Counted from the first letter of the stretch, positions 1 through 10,898 are shown. The stretch is DNA of 28,876 nucleotides from Archangium sp. (GCA_031367385.1 JANLPS010000530.1:1-28876); one strand, 5' to 3'. The notes: a model not told the origin generated them from the letters alone. Numbers and translations are program-made.

Positions 1-1
1 C

Positions 2-2206
2 CAGTCGCGCCAGACCGAGCTGCAGCAGACCAACGAGGAACTGGGCACCAAGGCGCGGCTGCTCGCGGAGCAGAATGCCGAGGTGGAGCGCAAGAACCGC
101 GAGGTGGAGCAGGCCCGCCGCGCGCTCGAGGAGCAGGCGGCAGAGCTGGCGCTGACCTCGAAGTACAAGTCCGAGTTCCTCGCCAACATGTCGCACGAGC
201 TACGTACGCCGCTGAACTCGATCCTCATCCTCAGCCAGCAGCTGGCCGAGAACTCGCCCGGCAACCTGTCGGGCAAGCAGGTCGAGTTCTCGCGCAACAT
301 CAACTCCTCGGGCTCGGACCTGCTGCACCTGATCAACGACATCCTCGACCTCTCGAAGATCGAGTCGGGCACGGTGACCGTCGAACCCGCCGAGGTCTCG
401 TTCAATACCTTGCTCGATACGATGAGCCGCCCGTTTCGCCACGACGCCGATACGCGCAAGCTCACCTTCGACGTGCAGCTCGACCCGAAGCTCGGCCGCA
501 GCCTCGTCACCGACCAGAAACGCCTGCAGCAGGTGCTCAAAAACCTGCTTTCGAACGCGTTCAAGTTCACCGAGACCGGCGGCATTCGGCTCAACGTACA
601 GGCGGTGGGAGGGGGCTGGTCTCATGATCACCCAATCCTCCACTCGGCGGGCACGGTCGTCGCGTTCGAGGTCTCAGATACCGGCATCGGCATCGCGCCC
701 GAGAAGCAGAAGATCATCTTCGAGGCGTTTCAGCAGGCCGACGCAGGCACCAGCCGCAAGTACGGCGGCACCGGCTTGGGTCTCGCCATCAGCCGCGAGC
801 TGTCGAACCTCCTCGGCGGTGAAATTCAACTGCGCAGCACCCCCGGCCGAGGCAGCACCTTCACGCTCTATTTGCCGATCAAGTACGTCGGGCCTTCGGT
901 GCCCTACCGCGAGAACACCAGCCGTGGCCCGCAGCCTGTCTCAGCGCGCAACGCGCCGGCCTCTCCGATTCTGCGCGCCGCCGATGCCACTCCCGAGTCG
1001 ATCGCCGACGATCGGGCCGATCTGCACCCCGGCGACCAGAGCCTGCTGATTGTCGAAGACGACCCGCACTACGCACGGGTTCTCGTCGACCTGGCGCGTG
1101 ACAAGGGCTTCAAGGTGCTGGTCAGCCACCGGGGCGCCGAGGCCATCGACCTCGCGCGCGAGTTCAGGCCCAGCGCGGTCTCGCTCGACGTCTTTCTCCC
1201 CGACATGCTCGGGTGGACGGTCTTGAGCCACTTGAAGCAAGACCCTGCGCTGCGCCACATACCGGTGCAGATCATCTCACTCGACGAGAACCGCCAAGAC
1301 GGCCTCTCGCGCGGGGCGTTCTCGTTCATCACCAAACCCGCTACCACCGAAGGCCTCGAAGCCGCGTTCGCTCGCATCAAGGCCTACGCGGTGCCCAGGC
1401 AGCGCCGGTTGTTGGTCGTCGAAGACAACGACGCAGAGCAGCTGAGCATCAGAGAGTTGCTCGGCCACGACGACATCGAGATCGTCTCGGCGGCGTCGGG
1501 CGAAGAGGCGCTCCGCATTCTTCGCGCGCAACAAATCGACTGCGTCGTGCTCGACCTACGGCTGCCTGACATCTCAGGCTTCGAAGTGATGAAGCGCATT
1601 CGCGATGATGACAAGCTCAAGGAGGTGCCCGTCGTCGTCTTCACCGGCAAAGAGCTCTCGGCCGAGCAAGATGCCCAGCTCGCTGAGCTTGCTCGCACTG
1701 TGGTGATGAAGGGTGTCGAGTCTCCTGAGCGGTTGCTCGACGAGACCGCGCTGTTCCTGCACCGGGTCGTCGCTGATCTGCCGCCGCACAAACAGCAGAT
1801 GCTCGAGAAGCTGCACCGGTCTGATGAAGAGCTGCGCGGCAAGCAGGTGTTGGTCGTCGACGACGACGTGCGCAACATCTTCGCGCTGGGCAGTGTGCTC
1901 GAGCGCCATGAGATGAAGGTGATCACCGCCCAGAACGGCCGTGAGGCAATCTCGAAGCTCGAGAAGTCGAGCGACATCGCCGTCGTGCTGATGGACATCA
2001 TGATGCCCGAGATGGATGGGTATCAGACCATTCAGCTCATTCGGCAGATGCCTCCGCTGCGTCGCTTGCCCATCGTGGCCCTCACCGCCAAGGCGATGAA
2101 GGGCGACCGTGAGAAGTGCCTCGATGCGGGCGCCTCTGACTACCTCGCCAAGCCGGTGAACACCGAGCAGCTGCTCGCCACCCTTCGCATGTGGCTGCAT
2201 CGGTGA
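2..2206 (+). CDS. Hybrid sensor histidine kinase/response regulator (HisKA-HATPase-REC-REC-REC), 5'-truncated by the window edge
   Basis: Frame is open from base 2 ([14 protein letters not shown]... coiled coil). H-box [18 protein letters not shown]-box [15 protein letters not shown]1 DTGIGI, G2 GGTGLGL. Three receiver domains each retain the acceptor Asp ([24 protein letters not shown]). Confidence 0.96.
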   Translation, partial: QSRQTELQQTNEELGTKARLLAEQNAEVERKNREVEQARRALEEQAAELALTSKYKSEFLANMSHELRTPLNSILILSQQLAENSPGNLSGKQVEFSRNINSSGSDLLHLINDILDLSKIESGTVTVEPAEVSFNTLLDTMSRPFRHDADTRKLTFDVQLDPKLGRSLVTDQKRLQQVLKNLLSNAFKFTETGGIRLNVQAVGGGWSHDHPILHSAGTVVAFEVSDTGIGIAPEKQKIIFEAFQQADAGTSRKYGGTGLGLAISRELSNLLGGEIQLRSTPGRGSTFTLYLPIKYVGPSVPYRENTSRGPQPVSARNAPASPILRAADATPESIADDRADLHPGDQSLLIVEDDPHYARVLVDLARDKGFKVLVSHRGAEAIDLAREFRPSAVSLDVFLPDMLGWTVLSHLKQDPALRHIPVQIISLDENRQDGLSRGAFSFITKPATTEGLEAAFARIKAYAVPRQRRLLVVEDNDAEQLSIRELLGHDDIEIVSAASGEEALRILRAQQIDCVVLDLRLPDISGFEVMKRIRDDDKLKEVPVVVFTGKELSAEQDAQLAELARTVVMKGVESPERLLDETALFLHRVVADLPPHKQQMLEKLHRSDEELRGKQVLVVDDDVRNIFALGSVLERHEMKVITAQNGREAISKLEKSSDIAVVLMDIMMPEMDGYQTIQLIRQMPPLRRLPIVALTAKAMKGDREKCLDAGASDYLAKPVNTEQLLATLRMWLHR

Positions 2207-2601
2207 AACCCGTGGCCTATGACCGGCACATTCTCGTCGTTGAAGATGAGCGCGACTTGCGCGAGTCGGTGGTCGAGGCCCTCGAAGACAAGGGCTACTC
2301 GACCGCCGCCGCCCAAGACGGGTTGCAGGCGTTGGCGTACCTCGATGGCAGCGCCCGAAAGCCTTCGCTCATCGTGCTCGATTTGATGATGCCGCACATG
2401 AATGGCGCCGAATTTCGGCAGGCCCAGCTCGCCAGGCCCGAGGTCGCCTCGATACCGGTGGTGGTGGTCTCCGCCGACGCGCACCACCTCAAAGATCGAA
2501 TCGCCTCGCTCGCCCCGGCCGGGTTTCTGCGAAAGCCGTTCGAGATCGCCGCGCTGCTCAAGGTGATCGACGGAGCGCTCGCGCACGCCTCGCGGGCTTG
2601 A
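2203..2601 (+). CDS. Single-domain response regulator (CheY-like receiver)
   Basis: ILVVEDE...IVLDLMMPHMNG...VVVSA...FLRKPF. The GTG at 2203 overlaps the upstream TGA (GTGA), suggesting translational coupling; an in-frame ATG at 2191 is an alternative start. Confidence 0.93.
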   Translation: MKPVAYDRHILVVEDERDLRESVVEALEDKGYSTAAAQDGLQALAYLDGSARKPSLIVLDLMMPHMNGAEFRQAQLARPEVASIPVVVVSADAHHLKDRIASLAPAGFLRKPFEIAALLKVIDGALAHASRA

Positions 2602-3097
2602 TCACCAGCGCTCTCTCGTAAAGAAGCTCAACCCGACCATGACTCGCCACCCGCTCGACCAAGCGCATTCGGGCCAAGCCCCTCGGAGCGCTTGCGATGT
2701 TCGAAAAGGCCGTCATCGGCCCGTGGCGAAACTGACGAATGCCTCGAGTCACTGCTGAAGGCGAACAGCTCATGTGCGCTCAGCGGCCTTCTCGCCAGCC
2801 CCGACCTCGCTCATCAGCCCAGTCGCGATGAGCGCCTTGCGCAGTTAAACCGACTCGCCGATGAGCGATCACCGGCCACGCAAACACCGACCCGCCAGCG
2901 ACCGCGCTGAACTTCGTCAAGTCAGCCGCGTGGCCTGCGTCGCGAAAGGTCTGCGCGGCGGCGCTCGCCTGGCTCGAAAATGCGCTGCTCGAGTGGGCCG
3001 CCCTGGTCGGGCGCTCATCGATTGTCAGCCCTCAGAGCCGCCCATTGGTCGTGATTGCGCCGCCGGGAGTTTTTTGGCGGACTCTGCCACCAAGAGA

Positions 3098-3160
3098 CAG
3101 CAGCTCGTTGAGCCGTGAGTTGGGGTGGTGGTTGATGCGCCCCAAGACGTCGGTAAGCAA
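3098..3160 (-). mobile_element. IS66-family transposase (TnpC) C-terminal fragment
   Basis: Minus strand reads LLTDVLGRINHHPNSRLNELL, matching the IS66 C-terminal motif YLxDVLxRIxxHPxSRLxELLP. No other IS66 coding sequence is recognisable. Confidence 0.72.
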
Positions 3161-3246
3161 TGCAGTGAAGCCGAAGCGCAGCACGCCCCGGCTCCACCGC
3201 CTCCCTCCGCGCACCGGTCGGCCGGCGCTCCTCAAGACGCCGCGAA

Positions 3247-3666
<420 letters not shown>

Positions 3667-3941
3667 CCGACGAACGACCAAGAAAACCAAGACGAGAAAC
3701 CGAGGCGAGGGTCGGCAGCGTGGCAAGTCGGAGGGCGCCACTTGGAGTCGAGGGGAGCTGACCGCACGTGGCCCGATGGCAGGTTCAGGGCCGGTGCCAG
3801 AGCCAGATGGCGCTGAGGCCACGCAGATCCGCACGGGCAGGGGCCACCCAACCGGTACCCGGAGTGGGCACCTTTTTCTCAGTTTTTGCGCAGACGCCAG
3901 CCGTCGAGGGTTAAGAGCGCGACCCCTCCCGGAGCCGCCGC

Positions 3942-6900
3942 ATGCGCTTGTCTTCACTCATTTTTTTCGCCGTCACCGCCCTGTGCGCCTGCGCGCCGAC
4001 CAGTGACTGCGAGACCCTGTGCTCGACCCCGCCCGCCGCGGTCTGCCGTGAGGGTGGCGTACTTCGCACCTACGTCGCCCCCGCGACCTGCGACAAAGGC
4101 TGCGCCTACCAGGCCATCGACCGCACCTGCAGCGATGGCTGCCGCGACGGTCAATGCGTCACCACCACGCCAGACAAAGACGCCGGTACCACCACGCCAC
4201 CGACCGATGCCGGTACCACCACGCGGCCGACCGATGCCGGCTTCGACGCCTGCGACGGCATCAGCTGCAACACGCCGCCCGCCAAGACCTGCGCCTCGAA
4301 CGCCGAGCTGCGGGTCTACGAAGCAAGCGGCTCGTGCTCGCAAGGCACCTGCAGTTACGGCTCGTCGCTCCAGGCCTGCGCCCGAGGCTGCGCCAACGAC
4401 GCCTGCATCGGAGACCCCTGCCAAGGCGTCGCCTGCCACCAACCGCCCGCCGCGAGCTGCATCGATGCGAGCACCCTCAAGACCTTCTCCGCCGATGGCA
4501 CCTGCTCGGCCGGCGCGTGCAGCTACATGGCCAGCACCATCAGCTGCCAATTCGGCTGCGCCAACGACGCGTGCACCAACGACCCCTGCGCCGGCAAGAC
4601 GTGCTCTGCCCCGCCCGCCTCGGCCTGCGTGAGCGCCACGGTGCGTCGCACCTTCGCCAACCCCGGCACCTGCGGCGGAGGGACCTGCGCCTACGCCTCG
4701 GTCGACACCACCTGCCAATTCGGCTGCGCCGCCGGGGTCTGCGCCAACGACCCCTGCGCCGGAGTCGCCTGCACCACGCCTCCCGCGGCCACCTGCGTCG
4801 ACGCGAATACCCGCCGCAGCTTCTCGAATGCCGGCACCTGCGCCGGCGGCGGCTGCACCTACACCTCGAGTGACACCACCTGTACCTTCGGCTGCGCCAG
4901 CGGCACCTGCAAAGCCGACCCGTGCACCGGCGTCAGCTGCACCACGCCTCCGGCCGCGAGCTGCGTCGATGCGAACACCGCCCGCCACTACGGCACCGCC
5001 GGTACCTGCTGCGGAGGCACCTGCACCTACGCTCCCGTCGATACCGCATGCTCGAGTGGCTGCACCGCTGGCGCCTGCAATGGGCCGGTCTGCGGGTCGA
5101 CGCAATGCAACACGCCTCCGGCCGACACCTGCACCTCGTCGTCGACCCTCAAGCACTACGCACACCTCGGCACCTGCGGCTCGGGCACCACCTGCGGCTA
5201 CACCAGCAGCAGCATTCAATGCAGCAGCGGTTGCCTCAACGGCGCCTGCATCGCCGGCTCGTGGACGCGTGAGACCTTCGGCTTCGGCAACGACATCAAC
5301 CAGTGGTCGCGCCCGATGTTGGCGGTCGACACGGCGGGCAATTCACACGTGCTGACCTGCAGACTCACCGATGTGAATCACTGGTACCAAGACGACTCGG
5401 GTTGGCACAAAGAAGTGGTCGATGCGGCCGTGGCTGATTCGTATTCGTGTCAGGCCAGCCTCGCGCTCGACCATGCCGGGCAGCCCGCGGGCGTGTGGTA
5501 TGACTCGACCAACAAAGACGTGCGCTATGGCCACCGGGTCGCTGGGGTCTGGCAAAAAGAACTGGTTGCCTCCGCTGGCGACGTGGGCCGGGGTGCCTCG
5601 ATCGTCTTCGACGCCGACGACCAGCCAGTCGTCGCCTACTGGGCCAACCCTGCCGAAGTTCGCCTGGCCCGCCGCTCAGCGGCCGGAGTGTGGACCAGTG
5701 AAGTCGTCATCGCCGCTGGCACCGCCGACTTGGGCGCCACCGTGCCTGCAACCGAAGTGCGCTTCGGCGCCGACGGCACGATGTACGTCGTGGCTGGCGA
5801 CGCGGTGTCGAACGACAACCACAACACTTCGTTCACCCAATACGGCGGGTTCTTCGCGACGAAGACCGGCACCAGCTGGTCGGTCAAACCCTTCGGCACC
5901 AAAGCGGTGGTTGGGCGACGCACCTTGGGGTTCGACACCGATGGCAGCCCGATGCTTTTCCACTCCGAGCTCGGCAGCAACATCGACACGTTCTACGTCG
6001 ACACCTTTCGCGGCGCGACGCCCGACAAGACGAATGTCTTTCAGGGCATTGCGGTGTACCCCTTGGTCGCGAAGATGACCGGCCCGACCGCCTCGTTGCT
6101 GATGGAGTACGGCGGCTACACCATGCGTCGCAATGGGTTGTGGGGCGGCGGGTATGCGCCTCCGAGCGGTTTTCTGGGCACCTACGACGTGGTGATGGAC
6201 GTGGCCGTGCTCGCCGATGGGCGGCTTCGCTTCATCATCAGCGATGGCACCATCGTCACTGCCACAGCGTGCGCCGTTCAGTGCGATTCTCGCAGCTGCG
6301 GCGAAGACACCTGTGGTGGCACCTGCGGCAGCTGCACCGGCAGCGACACCTGTACCGTGCCGGGGCGTTGCTCGAGTTGGCACTACGAGTCGGTCAGCGA
6401 CGTCGAACCCGGCAAGACCCAGCTGCGCATCGGCTCGAACAACGTGCTGCACCTGTTCTCACAGAAGGGCGCGACCACCACCTACTTCAGCAAAGTCGGC
6501 GCGGCGCCGTGGAGCGCGGGCCTGGGCTTGACCGGTTACGGCGATGAAGTCGGCGTCTCGTTGAGCAGCGGCAACCTGCCCACCATCGGCACGATTCAAA
6601 GCGGCACTTCGGTGACCCAGATGTCGGCCCAGAGCCTGTCGAATGGGGCCTTCACGTCGCTCTCGCCAACCACGGCCGCGGTCGCTGATCAGCCTGGTTT
6701 GGTCGTCGACGCGAGCGGCAAGATTCACATGATCGTCATGGTGGGCGGCTACGTCGGCTCGACCTACCAAACCTCCGCGTTCCTCCAGTATTGGAAGTAT
6801 GACGGCTCGGCGTGGTCGCAAGCGCCCGTCTACACGAACCCCAACGGCCAAGCGATGTACTACGCCTCGCTCGCCGTCGATGCGGCCGGCGCTGCGCATG

Positions 6901-7376
6901 TGCTCTTTCTGGCCAGCGCGTCGAACTACTCCCTCAAGTACGCCACCAATGCGTCGGGCAGTTGGGTCGTGACGCAGGCGTTGGCCGTGGCTCCGACGAC
7001 TGTTCGCCCGGTCGCGCGCATCGACGCGAATGGCGTGTTGTCGACGGTGGTGGGCTCGGGCACGACGCTGAAGTGGGGCGCGCTCACCGCGGGCACTTGG
7101 GTCTGGGAGACCGTCTCCAGCACCACGCTCATCGACCTGCCCCGCTATGCGTTGAGCAACAGCGGTCAGCCGACGCTGGTGGGGTTGGGCGAGGCCACTC
7201 CCACGAACTACATCATCGCGCGGCGCTCAGCGGCGGCGACCTGGTCGATCGAATCGATACCTACGTACTCGGGGTGGCCGGTCTCATCGGAGGTGCCGTC
7301 ATTGGCCTTCGAGACCAACGGCACGACGCACTTCACCGTCTCTGACGCGAAAGTGCTTCGCCACGTGTGGAAGTAA
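3942..7376 (+). CDS. Large Cys-rich predicted lipoprotein (1144 aa): DAG linker, six 56-aa 8-Cys repeats, two beta-propeller-like regions
   Basis: Signal peptide [17 protein letters not shown] with lipobox-like end. Repeats DPCxGVxCxxPPAAxC...GTC..G.C.Y......C.FGC..G.C. The C-terminal part has recurring WxxExV and SLAxD motifs, split by a [18 protein letters not shown] module. Confidence 0.9.
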   Translation: MRLSSLIFFAVTALCACAPTSDCETLCSTPPAAVCREGGVLRTYVAPATCDKGCAYQAIDRTCSDGCRDGQCVTTTPDKDAGTTTPPTDAGTTTRPTDAGFDACDGISCNTPPAKTCASNAELRVYEASGSCSQGTCSYGSSLQACARGCANDACIGDPCQGVACHQPPAASCIDASTLKTFSADGTCSAGACSYMASTISCQFGCANDACTNDPCAGKTCSAPPASACVSATVRRTFANPGTCGGGTCAYASVDTTCQFGCAAGVCANDPCAGVACTTPPAATCVDANTRRSFSNAGTCAGGGCTYTSSDTTCTFGCASGTCKADPCTGVSCTTPPAASCVDANTARHYGTAGTCCGGTCTYAPVDTACSSGCTAGACNGPVCGSTQCNTPPADTCTSSSTLKHYAHLGTCGSGTTCGYTSSSIQCSSGCLNGACIAGSWTRETFGFGNDINQWSRPMLAVDTAGNSHVLTCRLTDVNHWYQDDSGWHKEVVDAAVADSYSCQASLALDHAGQPAGVWYDSTNKDVRYGHRVAGVWQKELVASAGDVGRGASIVFDADDQPVVAYWANPAEVRLARRSAAGVWTSEVVIAAGTADLGATVPATEVRFGADGTMYVVAGDAVSNDNHNTSFTQYGGFFATKTGTSWSVKPFGTKAVVGRRTLGFDTDGSPMLFHSELGSNIDTFYVDTFRGATPDKTNVFQGIAVYPLVAKMTGPTASLLMEYGGYTMRRNGLWGGGYAPPSGFLGTYDVVMDVAVLADGRLRFIISDGTIVTATACAVQCDSRSCGEDTCGGTCGSCTGSDTCTVPGRCSSWHYESVSDVEPGKTQLRIGSNNVLHLFSQKGATTTYFSKVGAAPWSAGLGLTGYGDEVGVSLSSGNLPTIGTIQSGTSVTQMSAQSLSNGAFTSLSPTTAAVADQPGLVVDASGKIHMIVMVGGYVGSTYQTSAFLQYWKYDGSAWSQAPVYTNPNGQAMYYASLAVDAAGAAHVLFLASASNYSLKYATNASGSWVVTQALAVAPTTVRPVARIDANGVLSTVVGSGTTLKWGALTAGTWVWETVSSTTLIDLPRYALSNSGQPTLVGLGEATPTNYIIARRSAAATWSIESIPTYSGWPVSSEVPSLAFETNGTTHFTVSDAKVLRHVWK
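4245..5255 (+). repeat. Six tandem 168-bp coding repeats
   Basis: Units start at 4245, 4413, 4581, 4749, 4917 and 5085, an exact 168-bp period. Confidence 0.9.
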
Positions 7377-7469
7377 GCCAAAGCCTTGAAGGTTGGAGAA
7401 ACCGCTCCATCGCTGACACTCGCGATGAGCGACGGCACGATGGCCTCTCTTCATGGGCAGCCGACGGTT
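7377..7469 (+). pseudogene. N-terminal fragment of an AhpC/TSA-redoxin family protein
   Basis: AKALKVGETAPSLTLAMSDGTMASLHGQPTV resembles the LKVGDxAPDFTLxxxDGxxVSL..GKPVV start of peroxiredoxin/TlpA-like proteins. Similarity ends before any catalytic Cys motif. Confidence 0.55.
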
Positions 7470-7571
7470 GGCTGGCGGCGGCGGCTCAAGAAGCACTCGA
7501 CGTGGCTCAGAGAAGTGCAAAGGGCCGTCGTCACCGCCCGCGGGCCTCACTCCGGCCGCGTGACCCGACTG

Positions 7572-9203
7572 CTAGTTTGATTTCGAGGGCACCGCGCAGT
7601 TGCGCTCGATGGTCGCCAGCAGCTGGTCGAGCCGCAGGGGCTTGTAGACCACCGCGTCGGGCCCGCTCGGCAGCCCTTTGAGGTTGCGGTTCGAGGTCAT
7701 CACGATCAACGGCACCGCTGCGATCTTCGGGTTTTGCTGCTGCGCCTCGTGAAACTGGTAGCCGTTCATGCCCGGCATCACCATGTCGAGCAGAATCAGG
7801 TCGGGCACCGTGCCCGCATTCAAGTACTCGAGCGCGTCGTGCCCACTCTTCGCCGCCTCGACGTCGTAGCCCGCTTCTTCGAGAAATTCGCACAGCGACT
7901 CCCGCAGCTCTCGATCGTCGTCGACCACCAACAGGTGGCGCTTGCGCAGGCCCTCCGCACCCTCGGCTGGCGGCGGCGGCAGCGCGGCCGAGGCCTGCGC
8001 TGAGCGCAAGGTGAAGAAGAAGGTCGTGCCTTTGCCGACCCGGCTCTCGACCCAGATTCGGCCTCCGTGTGCTTCGGCCAGCCCCTTGGCGATCGACAGC
8101 CCCAGGCCGACGCCCGTACGTCGCTCGTTGCGGGCCCGCCAATAGCGGTCGAAGACGTGCTTGAGGTGCTCTTCGGGTATGCCCGGCCCAGTATCGGAGA
8201 TCGCGAATTGCACCTCGGCCCCGATGGCTGCGACGTCGATGCGAATGCTGCCACCGGTCGGCGTGAACTTGATCGCGTTGCCGATGATGTTCGACAAGAC
8301 CTGGCTCACCCGGGGTACGTCGCAGTAGGCCCACAGCCCACGCGCCTCTGATTCACACTCGAGCCGAAGCGACTTCGCGGTCGCCACCGGCCGAAGAATG
8401 GTGAGCGTGTCACGCAGCAGCGGCGCGACCTCGTGGGGCGCCGAAGAGACCACGAAGTGGCCCGACTCCATGCTGGCCAGGTCGAGCAGGTCGCCGATCA
8501 GCCGGTTCATGCTGCCCACCGCCGTCGAGATGTTGTCGGTGTGCTTGCGCACTCGCTCGGGCAGCTCACCTGCCGCCGTCATCGTCTTGAGCAACGCGGT
8601 CGACATCACGATCGAGCTCAACGGGTTCTTCAAGTCGTGCGAGACCACCGCCAGCAGGTCTTCACGCATTCGGCTGGCGCGCTCGGCGCTGGCGCGGGCC
8701 TGCTTCTCGGCTTCGAAGAGCTCGGCATTCTCTTTCGCCACCGCCGAGGCGCGCGCCAGCTCGGCGGCGAAGTGCTCTTCTTCGGCCAGCGACTTGGCCG
8801 ACTGCGCCATCTTGACCTCAGTCACGTCGGTGAAGACCCACACCGCGCCTTCGATGGTGCCGGTCGCGCCCAGCAGCGGCACGCTGGCCTCGAGCAGCCA
8901 GCCCACTGAATCACCGCGGCGAATTCGCAGCTCCTGCAGCTCGGTCGCGACTCCGTAGCTGAGCACTTGCGCGGCTGACCAATCACTCGGCCCGTACGGG
9001 CGGCTGTCGCGATGAAACGCGCGGTGGGGCCCACCCCAGATTCGGTCGGCAGCCTCGCTCTTGAGCGTCTCGTGGCCTTGCGCGTCGTACACGATGACGC
9101 CGAACTGGCTGCGGTTGATCAGGGCGTCGATCAGCTGCTCTTGTCGCACGGTCAACGCGCGGAGCTCCTCGAGCTCGCTCGATGGGCGCTTCTCGACGCT
9201 CAC
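7572..9203 (-). CDS. Hybrid sensor histidine kinase (PAS-like, HisKA, HATPase, REC)
   Basis: H-box AVVSHDLKNPLSSI, N-box QVLSNIIGNAIKFT, DTGPGI, GVGLGL, receiver LLVVDDD...LLDMVMPGMNG...YKPL. GTG start at 9203 is preceded by GGGGAGG (9217-9211). Confidence 0.94.
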   Translation of the reverse strand: MSVEKRPSSELEELRALTVRQEQLIDALINRSQFGVIVYDAQGHETLKSEAADRIWGGPHRAFHRDSRPYGPSDWSAAQVLSYGVATELQELRIRRGDSVGWLLEASVPLLGATGTIEGAVWVFTDVTEVKMAQSAKSLAEEEHFAAELARASAVAKENAELFEAEKQARASAERASRMREDLLAVVSHDLKNPLSSIVMSTALLKTMTAAGELPERVRKHTDNISTAVGSMNRLIGDLLDLASMESGHFVVSSAPHEVAPLLRDTLTILRPVATAKSLRLECESEARGLWAYCDVPRVSQVLSNIIGNAIKFTPTGGSIRIDVAAIGAEVQFAISDTGPGIPEEHLKHVFDRYWRARNERRTGVGLGLSIAKGLAEAHGGRIWVESRVGKGTTFFFTLRSAQASAALPPPPAEGAEGLRKRHLLVVDDDRELRESLCEFLEEAGYDVEAAKSGHDALEYLNAGTVPDLILLDMVMPGMNGYQFHEAQQQNPKIAAVPLIVMTSNRNLKGLPSGPDAVVYKPLRLDQLLATIERNCAVPSKSN

Positions 9204-9423
9204 CGCGAGGCCTCCCCAACGGAGGCCAACAGGCGGCAGAATGCGGGCGCCAGCGCGGTCGACATGCCCCGTAGATATCGGGCTTTGTCGCAGCGAAAAC
9301 AACTGCGAACTGAGGGCGGCTGCCAGTGGGTTTTCGGCACACCCCTGCGAGCGAGGCGCGTTTTATTGTGCTCAGCGTTGAGACCGAGCAGCCTCGTGGC
9401 TCTCTACCGTCGACGGAGGTTTG

Positions 9424-10143
9424 ATGACCGAGCGCACGAAGCACCCAGGCGATTTCGCATGGCGGTTGCCGCTGATTCGGGTGCTGCAGCAGGCAAGCTC
9501 GATCACCAAAGAGCAGACCGACGCGGCCCTGGCGGCGGCGAAAGAGGGTGGGCTGTTCGTCACCCACCTGGCTGCTGCGGGCATCCCCCCGACCAAGCTG
9601 CTGATTGCGTGGGGCAAGGCAACCGGCTTGCCGACGGCGGGCTCGACTGAGCTGCGAAAGCCCTCGAAGGAGCTCGCCGCGAAGATGACCGCCGCGCAGG
9701 CCCTCGAGCTGCTCGCGGTGCCCTTTCAGGGCGGTGAATCGCTGCACATCGCCTTCGCCGCGCCCTTGCCTCCGAACGTCGCTGCGCAGCTCCCGCCGCA
9801 TGTACCGTTCGTGGCCCTCGAGAGCGAAGTTCTGCAGACCATCGAGTATTACTGGCCAGGCTCCACGGCCCCGGCTGCTGAGCCAGAGGCCGAGGTCATA
9901 CCCGCTCGGTTCGGCGACCCGACCGAAGCTGACTTCAAGCGGGCGGGGTTGGTGCTGAACAATGAGCCCAGCCGCGCCAAGATCAGCAAGCCACAGCTCA
10001 AGAAGCTGGGCCTGATCGCGGCGGCGGTGCTCGGAGTTCTGCTGATCGTCAAAACCGGCATGTGGATCGTCGAGCGCTCGGTCAAAGAGGTGAATGACAA
10101 GAGCGACCAGCTTCGAAAAAACATCGTGCCCCCAACGCGGTAG
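9424..10143 (+). CDS. Membrane-anchored protein with degenerate MshEN/T2SSE_N-like N-terminal domain
   Basis: GGAGG RBS at 9415-9419, ATG at 9424. VLQQASSITKEQTDAAL...ATGLP...ALELLAVPF...LHIAFAAP follows the T2SSE_N pattern. One hydrophobic helix (LGLIAAAVLGVLLIV) near the C-terminus. Confidence 0.72.
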   Translation: MTERTKHPGDFAWRLPLIRVLQQASSITKEQTDAALAAAKEGGLFVTHLAAAGIPPTKLLIAWGKATGLPTAGSTELRKPSKELAAKMTAAQALELLAVPFQGGESLHIAFAAPLPPNVAAQLPPHVPFVALESEVLQTIEYYWPGSTAPAAEPEAEVIPARFGDPTEADFKRAGLVLNNEPSRAKISKPQLKKLGLIAAAVLGVLLIVKTGMWIVERSVKEVNDKSDQLRKNIVPPTR

Positions 10144-10153
10144 ATCGCTCTGT

Positions 10154-10218
10154 TGCCCGACACGCTCGATCGAAGCGCTTCGCGACGAGTGGAGAGCGAC
10201 TCAGCTCAAGATCGGCCC
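10154..10218 (+). repeat. 65-bp exact direct repeat, copy 1 (copy 2 at 12885-12949)
   Basis: tgcccgacacgctcgatcgaagcgcttcgcgacgagtggagagcgactcagctcaagatcggccc is identical at both sites. Confidence 0.95.
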
Positions 10219-10303
10219 CGATGGCTGCGACGTCGATGCGAATACTGCCACCGGTCGGCGTGAACTTGATTGCGTTGCCGATGATGTTCGACAAGACCTG
10301 GCT
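10212..10303 (-). pseudogene. 92-bp duplicated fragment of the neighbouring histidine kinase (copy of 8215-8306)
   Basis: 90/92 identical by eye; encodes SQVLSNIIGNAIKFTPTGGSIRIDVAAIGA. Confidence 0.93.
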
Positions 10304-10688
10304 GATCCCCATGGCGCGGGCCGAAGCACGCGCCCAAACGCTACACCTCGGTGTTGGTGAGTGAGCGCCCGTTCGCAACATTTGCGTAGCTTCAGCTTTC
10401 GGTGATCGTCTATTTTCCCTCGACGAGACAAGGCACCTTTGACGGTGACGTTCACCTCTCGACCACGGGGGTCGACAAGCGGCCATTCTTGTTGCGGCGA
10501 GTTCGAGAGAAAGACTGACCGGCCCGTTGGTGACATGCGTCTGGACGATGAGCCTGGGGTGCGCCTGCAGCAACTTCTCGCCCCTGAATCGCCGGAGTTC
10601 AGTCGGTGCTCTTCCGGCAACGTGGGACGAGCCGCGCTCTTCAACTCGAGTGTGAACGGATAAGACCAAGGTGCTCAAAGCGAGAGAC

Positions 10689-10898
10689 CGAGGGTGTGCT
10701 GTCGAAGTGAAGTGCGAGCGATGCCGTCAGTCGCGGCTCATCGCCTTCTCGTGCAAGGGCCGGGGCTGGTGCCCGTCATGCACGGCCCGCCGCGCGGCAG
10801 AGACCGGGCTGAACTTGGCGAGAGCCGGGCACGAGGCTCGATTCTCGCTGGGGGCGGGCGTTTGCTTTACGCAGTGGTTTGGGAGTCGCCTTCAACTC
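10689..10898 (+). mobile_element. IS91-family (rolling-circle) transposase remnant, internally deleted
   Basis: Zn-binding motif VKCERCRQSRLIAFSCKGRGWCPSCTARRAAET, followed almost directly by VCFTQWFGSRLQL (IS91 motif FxQxFGSxLxLxxHxH). It breaks off before the HUH residues. Confidence 0.85.

Noticed and set aside
2600..2725. TPR fragment (HGPMTAFSNIASA...VELLYERALVI) on the minus strand
   Set aside because: It resembles the AEPLYERALAI TPR motif, but the spacing is off and the match too short to call as a feature.
3841..3887. Intrinsic terminator (weak hairpin plus T-run)
   Set aside because: The stem is poor and it lies upstream of a gene start in a divergent region; the two T5 tracts 10 bp apart are more likely promoter-related but cannot be supported.
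9334..9350. Sigma54 promoter (CGGCACACCCCTGC)
   Set aside because: GG-to-GC spacing is 9 nt rather than the required 10.
8215..10303. Diversity-generating retroelement template/variable repeat pair
   Set aside because: Only two differences, both synonymous; the target is a conserved kinase N-box, and no reverse transcriptase is present in the window.
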